DNA of 64,000 nt. Origin: Schizochytrium sp. TIO01 (Eukaryota; Protista; Bigyra: Labyrinthulomycetes). The notes under the pieces are model-generated. The model was given only the letters and a program-made list of their open reading frames with translations, made no database searches and was not told where the DNA came from. The DNA lies in NCBI GenBank assembly GCA_004764695.1, contig SMSO01000005.1, positions 1,240,001 to 1,304,000 of the forward strand, in the 5' to 3' direction. Of this stretch, positions 55,303 through 64,000 are shown one piece after another. Position numbers and translations under genes: made by a program. Each line of letters begins with the position of its first letter. The stretch's first letter is position 1.

Positions 55303-58300
55303 GTGACACATAAAAATCTTTTCTTAAAGATGTTGTAGTATATATAAGAAATATAAGAAATTTCATCAGCTCAGAAAGCTCTCTCTCAAAAATATTTCTT
55401 AAAAGCAAATTGAACTTAAACACTGACCGCTTTCAAATTCCTTTCTGGAAGACCGAAGTGTAAAACAAATCGCAATTGACTGTATATCTTCCAAACTTGT
55501 TTTTTCAGTATTAAGAATTATTTTTTATACCATAAAAGCGCACTTGAGCAATAGTTAAGTTGAGTGATCGGGCGTATATTAGAATTCTCTGTTCGTATTT
55601 AATTTAATGGAGAGATGATTGTTTCTTTTCTATTTTCTCTTTAAAATATAAATATATAAAATTATTAATATAAATAAAGCAACAGATTCTAAATGAAAGT
55701 AATTAAAAGTGAACAAAGATAGTACGGAGTTGACTGGTTACATCAACGATTTTTAATATCAATAGTGGAAGATTAACCAAAGACCAACCTTGATCAGACT
55801 GAGTTGAAGTGCACAAATTGATCACTGAAACTATCACATGACCTATCAAATTTAAATTCAAGGGCCGCGTCAGAAGGTATCAAACCTTGGATGAAGATGT
55901 TGCTTGTTACCATATTTATAGACTATTTTTATAGATTCATAAAATAAATGAAATAATACCTCAATTTTACTAAGGGATCACATCAGTTTCGTTATTGCGA
56001 ACAAACATGATTCAATCAGCAATACTTATCAACAACCCGATCACAATTGATGCACAAAGATAATCGCGAATGTAGTAGATAAAGCACTTCAACTGAGTGT
56101 AGAATCTCTCTTAATATATGAATACAAATGGAAACAATTCAGGAGTGTCATACATATAAATCACAAATTCACGGATTAATCACATACAAACTGTAATATA
56201 GACACTAAATGTTATTCGCTTCTCCGTCTTTGACTTTTATGCCAAGTACCTCCTTTGCATCAGTTCTCTATTCCCATGCACATCACTACATGGTTTCAAA
56301 GTTTCTTGAAATTAAAATGTCACGTTAGCTTCAGCAACATTTAGAATGAATCATGTAATGAACAGAAGAATAGAATCATACTCGAGACTATCTCCCAGAA
56401 AGATCTTGATTAATCGTGTACTTTTTTCTTTTTTTTTCCTGCAGAGTGGGCCAACGAGAAAATCCTTGAGCTCACTCGTGGCTTCTCTAAGTTCTTATAG
56501 ATGGATTAAAAGAATAACATTACTGTTAACATTTTCACTCTGTTGACCTCACTCCATACATTTGTTTTTACGGCGACTTGGAGTACCAAGAAATTATTCT
56601 ATTACTCAATAAATATAATAACTTAAACATTTTAAGTTTTTAGTTTCTTGATTTCTTAGTCTGAAGAAAAAAAAACGATTTATACAATAAGAAAATAAAT
56701 AATAATTATTATATATATGTATATATTTAATATATAGAAATAACTTACTACAGTATAATTGCTAAAGGTATATTAATTAGTTTAAATAAAATAACGTAAA
56801 TAAAAGATGTCAGAACATGGCGGAAGATTTTAACTTAAATAACGTTTCTTGGGGCTATGCATTGTAGAAGGTAAAAGGCAAAGATCAACAAGTAGGTGGC
56901 AGTGCATGTTAATATACATCAAATTATGCTGCAGATAGTTTAGACAACAACGATGCTTATGATTTAGTCTTTTCCTGAAGATATTTTACTTATCTCATAT
57001 AATTTATGAATTCTTTAAGAGAACAAATCGGTTGGCCAACCCGAGCATTGCTCAAGAAATTTACAAATTTTGGTTCTATTATTCATAAAACCTTCAAATC
57101 TATATTGAAGATGTTATTTCGCACACATCTCGACTAACCTATAGATTTTTGTAATCTAGTGAGGGGTCTGCTTAGGATGTTTCTCACGACAACAAATTAA
57201 AATCATACATGAAAAACCAAAAACTGAAAAATAAAGATATAAAAGTCGCCCTAAGATAAAGCACATAGCAAGACGCATAAAGCCACCCATGTACTACACA
57301 TATGAAGACTGCAACACACCAAAACTATGTCTGTTAAGTATCTCAAAGATGCTAACGTGAAACCTATTAGAATACCAGCTCTTAATATTCTAAAATCACT
57401 GATGTAAAAAAAGGATGTATTATATTTTAAAGAAGGAATCTGATACAGTAACGTTTGCATTTAGAGAAATTAAAAATAGGAGAAGTCCGCGTTTGATCTG
57501 ACCTGAACATCACAAGTCTTCTTCAGCATAATCAATATAACCCATGTACATATTGCTCTCACACGCATTTTGTCAACGTAAATAGCCCTCTGTTTTCAAG
57601 TTTTCTTTTTCCAATCAAAGGTTTGTCTTCAACCTACTTGGGAGCCATACGCAGGACAGTAATACATCTTGACCAAATTAACTTTTTTTAATTTCCTCTG
57701 CAGTCGTAATATATATTAGAAAGCGAGGTTAAAAGCTCGATGGGAGCACCTGACTAATAAGAAAGCTCTGCAATTTAATAAACACAGAGAGAATATATAT
57801 ACATTTTTTTATTTTAAAAAATTAGAAGGGTAGGTAAAAAATTCGTCTCTGAAGAAAGCTAAAAATAAAGTAATATGTAATAAATCGTGCCGAGTATTTT
57901 CTACTCATATAAAACTGCCCAGTATGCTATGGGCGCTTTCGAATTCAACTGCTTCTTTTGCTTCCGTCAGTAACTCGTGATAAACTTCTGGAGGAAAACG
58001 AATTGCTACTCGGCCTTAAAGTAACCAAGAAAAAGAGAAGAAAAGACATTAAATGATAAATTCTTCATTTACCCTACTAATTTTAGGTAACTGTTATCAA
58101 GTCTGGTACACTCTTCTAGTCATAGCATACATATCAGCACTTATTATTTACACTACTCCTATATAGGACTATAGAACGAATAAGCAATTGTTTACGTGAG
58201 GCTTGGACAGACTTCCTGCCGGAGTTGTCTGCTTCCATAGCTGGGTGCATGACTTTTAGATTACGTTCTTCGTATTTAGGGAAGTTTGGAGAACGAACCA

Positions 58301-61300
58301 GTTTGTGCGTGTTCTGGTACCTAAGGTTCTTCCCTATGTTTCCAGTTAGAGTTAGTTATACCAGCCTTGCGCTAGTGCGCTCTAGGAAAAAAACGTAACA
58401 AGAGAAAACTTTCCTTTAAATTGTTCGATGGCCTGATCTACACGTTAAATGTACTACGACTGTTCGCTGACAGGGAAAATTTTGATATTCTTGATTTTTA
58501 AAGTCGCTTGATGAATGTGCTTAAATTTCTTGAATTCAGAAACTAAGCTTGCTTTAACCACTCTGTGTCGCTGCGGCTTCATGTGTGTCCAAACCTCCAA
58601 AACAATAAATGCTGTGTTGGTCATCTTTCTAGTATACTTCCAATCGTTAGATGGGATCAGTTGCAATTCTACAAACTGAAGCCTTAAGATAGTGCTAGAC
58701 TTGCTATCTAGAGGAAGAAAACAGTGGGAAAAGAACAGAACAAAGTCCAATGCGCACTAGAAAACGTCATGCTTCTCATCTTTGACCGTTCGCTTTGTGC
58801 TCCATATGCTGTATACAGCCTAAAGGAGCTTTTTGATGTTGATTGTCTGGGACTATGAGCAATATAATATTGTATCGTGTGATATTGTTTTTAAAAAATT
58901 ATATAAAAGTTTTTTGAAACGTTTGGACCGTATGATAAGATGAATCTTTAGCGCCTCTATGGTAACCAATGGGCTTACGCGTACTCAGTGTATTTAATGC
59001 GCCTATGCATTGACCCATTGTTTGCAGCAACTTTTGCGCTGTGCGGATCATATGAATACCCAAAGACCAGAGTTCCTTCTTTATATCTGATATTTACAAT
59101 AAAAAACATTTGCTCTTCCGTAACGGTAGTTTTCGCCTTTCGGGCCAAAGTTGTGACGGGGTCTCTATATATCTATTTATTCAAGTATAAATACTTCAGA
59201 AAACTCCTTTAATGAAGATGATACCGATTTGGTTCTCAATGTTTATTCGTATGCACAGTTCATACTGGCGGGCTTGTGGCACCACTCTTTACTCGAAGGT
59301 TGGATTTTAAAAAGGAAGACAATAAAAACAAAGCTTTCCATGAATGTAGCCTCCATGTCTGACAGAATATGACCTGACATCGTGAATTGCGAAAGGCTTT
59401 GGTTTAACAAATTGTGGCGTATACGGTAACGCATATGCGCTTTTGGTTGATCCTAGGCACTCCGATACACATCAAAACATGAAAAGTAGGTGAGGAGTGT
59501 TTCATTTTGCTCTGTACTTTTTCTTTTTAAGTACGCCCTAATATGAAGAAGATTCTCAACGACTTTCATAAAGTGTCGATTAAAGGCGCTTTGATCAGAT
59601 AAATTGTGCCTCCTCAAGAGCGTGACCTTATTCAGAAAGCCGAGTTGGCATAGCCTCTAGCCGAGGCATGTGAAAAAAAAGGAGAAAGCTTTCGGTGGGG
59701 GCAACAAGGTCTGTACTTTCTACTTCCATACACTCCATACGCTAGCGGATTATCGCTCTCTGGCCTACTCATTCGCAGTAGGTGCCGTTTTGATTTAATC
59801 AGTCCTTCTTAGTATGAATCCTTCCTCGAAACATTCGCGGGCAGCCTAAAAGAAGCTATTACTTTTGCAAAGAAGAGGTTCTTCAAGAACGCCACAAAGT
59901 TTCGCATATATCGCAGAAAGGAACCGAAGTGGTGATGATAATAATTTGTTAAGTCTTACACTTCAGTTGCACAGAATTCCATTTAAAAAAAACAAAAAAA
60001 CAGGGGGGTAAAGAAGATTATAAACAAAGAACAAAAATGAACGGTACCCGCTCGTAGGTAGGTAGTAATGTCCTGTTCGCGGGTAGATCATACTTTAAAG
60101 TATATTTAAAACATCAAAAAGGAAAAATAGTAATAAGTAGTAGAAGCAGCTGGCGTTTCTGTACAATGTGGTGCCTTTCCAGAGTTAGGGAAGATTGAGA
60201 GACCTTGCCCGGTTGTTAAATTCATGGATACGATGCGAAAATACTATACATACGCTGGCTGTTTTTTTCATTCGTTTTTTGTAAACTACTGACACATGTA
60301 TTTTTCGTTGGTATCCCGTCTGTTAGCTAAACAAACGTTTTAAGATTAAAAAGCTACTAGGCTTTATGCTTATTGTAGTGTTGTGGACAGTACTGCGCGC
60401 ATGTTCCGATCATTTGAGGTCAGTTCGTGAACCGCTCTGTTTGAATATACCTATACAAGGGTCTATATGCAACAATAAACTAGCCTAAAAGTTGCGCAGC
60501 ATACTTGAGTCTCCTCTATATCGTTTTCGTTTGAACTTGAAATCGATCTCCCTGGTATTCGTAATAGTAGTTGCTATTTAGTACAATAAATCTGAGTCCT
60601 AATTAAGTAAGTCAGATCAACTAAAATAGCGTTTCGCTTAGTTTTATGTATTTAAAATAATCACTATCGCCACTCAAAAGTAAGACAGAAAGCTCGTCCT
60701 CTTCTATCGAAACCAATAGAATTAATTTGTTTTAGAACACTCCTACACGATTTTTTGTCTAATCTCCAACCCACGTCTCAAATTGACCTATTCTCTGCCA
60801 AAGGGATCGATTCATACACTAGTGGAGGAACGCTAAAAAGCCAACATCAATCCATAGACCTAAAGACCCTAGTCCTGGTAGTTTTTAAAAAATTGATTAG
60901 ATAATCATTATCACAGTACATAAGCCAGTGTGTTACTTTTTGCGTTAGTGAGTAATTGGAATTGATCAGGCGTAAATAATAGGGCTCCGATTCCTTGATG
61001 AGGAAGATGAAAATCCTCACACAAGTAGTGATTTGTAATGATGGCAGTCTATTTTAAAACTCACTGTTTATAACTAATTTCTTAAATTATGATATATAAG
61101 CGATTCTTCAAGTCAATGAGCCTCGTAAGGTTGTGACGGTTTCATGGCTTTAGGTGCCCAGGAAAGGGTTGCACTCATACCCTCATTCATCATACTATTT
61201 TAGAAGGGTCGTCAGATATGTCCTTTGTGCGCTTGGTCGTTTGGTCATTGACTTCATTAACTCTTAAAATTGATCTATACCTGTAAATAATGCAACTAGT

Positions 61301-61893
61301 CTTATGCACTTTCGTTAAAAAAATTAATTTTTAACGCCACTGGCTTAATTTGTGCAAGATAGGCGTGAGTAGTCTTCCCAAGTCCTTGTGCCGAGATTAG
61401 GTCCACTTTATTGCCTAAGCAAGCAATTTGCTTGCAATGTTGCCTAAGCTGTATATTACAGGTGTCATATTACGAAATATCATTCCTCTTCTCGAAGAAA
61501 AATGTCTGCATAAGAAGTTCAGATTCCCCCTTTTTGTTACCTCTACAAATAAGATATTAAAAAAAATTAAAAATATATATATAGTTTTATACCAATCTGA
61601 AAGACATTCGATTGGTTCATCTTTGTTTTGATTGGAGTAGAGAACCTCATTTATACGAACCTCTAAAACTGAATAAAATATCATCAAAGGCGGTTATTTA
61701 TACCACCATGATGCAATCCGACGTATAAATTAACTTTTAAAATACCTATCTCAGCGGCCCCCTAATACGAAGACTAAAGAAAAATCGAAACTACCAAACT
61801 GTGCCGCGCGCTCGGATGCGGAGCTTCCGGTCGGTTACGTCGATGCGAATAGATTTTTTCTTATTAGCCAGTATGAAGTACCCATGATACATC

Positions 61894-62000
61894 CATTTAT
61901 GAATCTAAACAGCGGTTGAAATACTAGAACAGTTGGCAAGAAGGATCCTGAAAATACAGCCAAACCACTACACTTCAGAGAGATTGCCCGCAAGTACAAT
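61894..62000 (+). mobile_element. Possible decayed hAT transposase C-terminal dimerisation-domain remnant
   Basis: EILEQLARRILKIQPNHYTSERL fits the spacing of the hATC motif L..LAR..L.I......SER. In-frame stops lie just upstream; no terminal inverted repeats were recognised. Confidence 0.35.
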
Positions 62001-64000
62001 CGAACCTTACTACAAAGCCTGGGTTGCCCTTTTCAGTGCCAGATCAATGGCAATTTCCCGCAAAGATTATCGTTCCTTATTTTGTTCAGGTTTTAGTTCA
62101 ACTTCCAAATTTAGTTTACATGATATGGGCTGGCCGCCTGATGCCCTCTTTTGAATAACTACTAATGTGTGTTAAACTCAAAACCAGCTACGAAACGACA
62201 TACGTTATCAATTCAACTTACCTGGACCAAAGCATACATGTAATGAATATTACTCAGGCAGACTTGGTCCAGCCTGCCATAGTGTCTAGCCTGTTTGAAT
62301 ATTGTTTATGTTCTGTTGTATTTATGTTATTTGTTTGTGTTATTGGAGTAGAGGGGATAAACGTGACCAACTCTTTCCATTGTCCTGAGTACACGTATAC
62401 AACCCTTCAAATGATAAATTTCTGAGACATGAGGGTTCGAAAAACGAAGCACTCCAACATGTCAAGAATGGCGCTCAGCCCATAGCGGCCATCCCGGGCT
62501 TGCTACCAACTCGCCAAAATTCACTTTTCTACTACACCAGCCTTAAATCAAGAATTCGACTCTCTCACTAAACGGAGACAACTCTTAGGCATCGCCTTAA
62601 GTATCTATTATCTTAGGTAGCAGCTCAAGCTAAACCAATCATTGGAATCTGACCAAAGAACTCTACACAATAATATAGATCTAGAGTTTATTTGTAATCA
62701 AAATATTCAGTATCAATAATATGTTTATGAGTTCGTCCTCATTGACAATACAATAGCTCACGGGAGAGGCAGGCCAACACAAGAACGGGATAACAAGGCT
62801 TAAATCGAGATGGGCAAGCACTTCTTGTTGTTCTCAATGTTGGACACTATACCGAATTTTGGAAAGCTCTCAAACTATGGTCACTGTGTGTTTGACGACA
62901 TATAGATTTTCTATACCATAGTCAAGCGCTAACCTTGGGCTAACTCTTTTTCAATGCCATCAGTGGTTGCTGGACCAAATACAACCTGGCTTGATGCGAT
63001 ATATATTTATTGTTGCTACTATTATTATTATTATTAAATGCATGTAAGCATTTTTTCCCCTCACTTTTCCCTTTTTAATTTAAAAAGATAAAACAATAAC
63101 CGATTTTAAAATTATTTTAACTCTTTGAAGGATCTGAAAACAGTAACCTACTTCGTTAAATCGAGCTTTTGCAAGTTAGTCAGCAGTATGTTAGTCACTT
63201 CACTTCGTTTCTGTCAGCGCAAGAAGGCAAAGGAAAGGAACCTGTGCTAACGCAAAAACCTCTTTCCCAGCCAGTATCTATACGATGCTTCAGGAGAAAC
63301 AATATTCTTGTTGGGTTTCTTTCGTTTGACCTCTGTCCAAACAGTTTGGTTTTGGACATCGCTTGCCCACGCTCAATATATATGTTTAATTCCTTCCCGC
63401 ATGCCCTTTGGTACATGTAGTATCCAGTATAATTAGCTATGCAAAACCCTTAGAAAGGATAGACTTTTGGCGCCTGTCAAAATGCGAGCCAGTAATTAAG
63501 TATTAAGTAAACATAATCGGTGGCAGCGCAAGAAGTTTTAAACTCTAATTAGCGGGAACAATAACTTAGAACACGTATCAACACATTTCTATAAACAGGT
63601 AGGTGCCTCAATATATAGCTCTCTCTCTCTCTCTGCGTATATATAAGTTACTAGAGAGTTTGCTCATATATGATTCTATATAATTGAGGTTAAACCTCGT
63701 TTCCCTTTTTTAAAGAAAATGTAGCCCCTTTAAATTCAAAAATATCGTGGAAGTCTGACTCAAAGAAAGCCGCTACCCCGATTTCTATCACCACATGCTA
63801 TCTAACACCCTATCATGAATTAATGAATTAAATGAATCAAGAAAAACGTATACTACTAAGTATTTATTAAGACAACGGTGTATTCTAGCATATTAGATTC
63901 GCGGAGAAATCAAGCAGAAACGAAAAGAATAAAAAGAGGGACAAACTATGGTATCCAGTCACATGAACTCTCATAAAACGCCTTCTTAGCTTTCCTAATA

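Larger units (their letters stand above)
41700..64000. other. AT-rich gene desert of at least 22 kb
   Basis: The ORF track shows nothing above 100 aa on either strand and no recognisable intact domain. G+C is visibly lower than in the genic half, with many A/T tracts. Confidence 0.85.

Noticed and set aside
59230-63420. Short transposase- or RT-like words (LPYTPQF, ALLVVLNVGH, SYRYWLG)
   Set aside because: The matches are too short and lack flanking catalytic motifs.
41700-64000. Alternative genetic code, CRISPR-like array or telomeric array in the desert
   Set aside because: In the fragments translated by hand, all three stop types and frame changes interrupt the frames. No regularly spaced repeat was seen, and TTAGGG-like words are isolated.

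Overview
This is eukaryotic nuclear DNA with long, almost intron-free genes, short-period microsatellites in the intergenic regions and the standard genetic code. The gene set and style suggest a stramenopile, most plausibly a thraustochytrid (Labyrinthulomycetes); this is inference, not a database result. Bases 1 to about 41.6 kb hold nine protein-coding genes: a partial SASA-type carbohydrate esterase, a D-box protein (candidate securin), an AI-2E-family transporter, a divergent Vps34 PI3-kinase, a WW-myosin-MyTH4, a large EF-hand/RCC1/F-type-lectin protein, a PI-PLC, a bZIP with Met at the invariant Asn, and a Kelch-TM-RING-H2 E3 ligase. From about 41.7 kb to the end is an AT-rich stretch of at least 22 kb with no credible gene, containing apparently decayed coding fragments including a hAT-transposase-like motif; it is a candidate centromere or heterochromatin block. 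The best leads are: (1) a candidate securin behind a dense TTTGAA (CHR-like) array with E2F-like sites; (2) a +1 frame break at TTT-CCC-ATA-CTT-TGA in an otherwise intact Vps34, with a second +1 break in the RCC1 gene; (3) the Kelch-ectodomain RING ligase; (4) the Met-type bZIP; (5) a possible GA-AG intron. No rRNA, complete tRNA, CRISPR array or intact mobile element was recognised.
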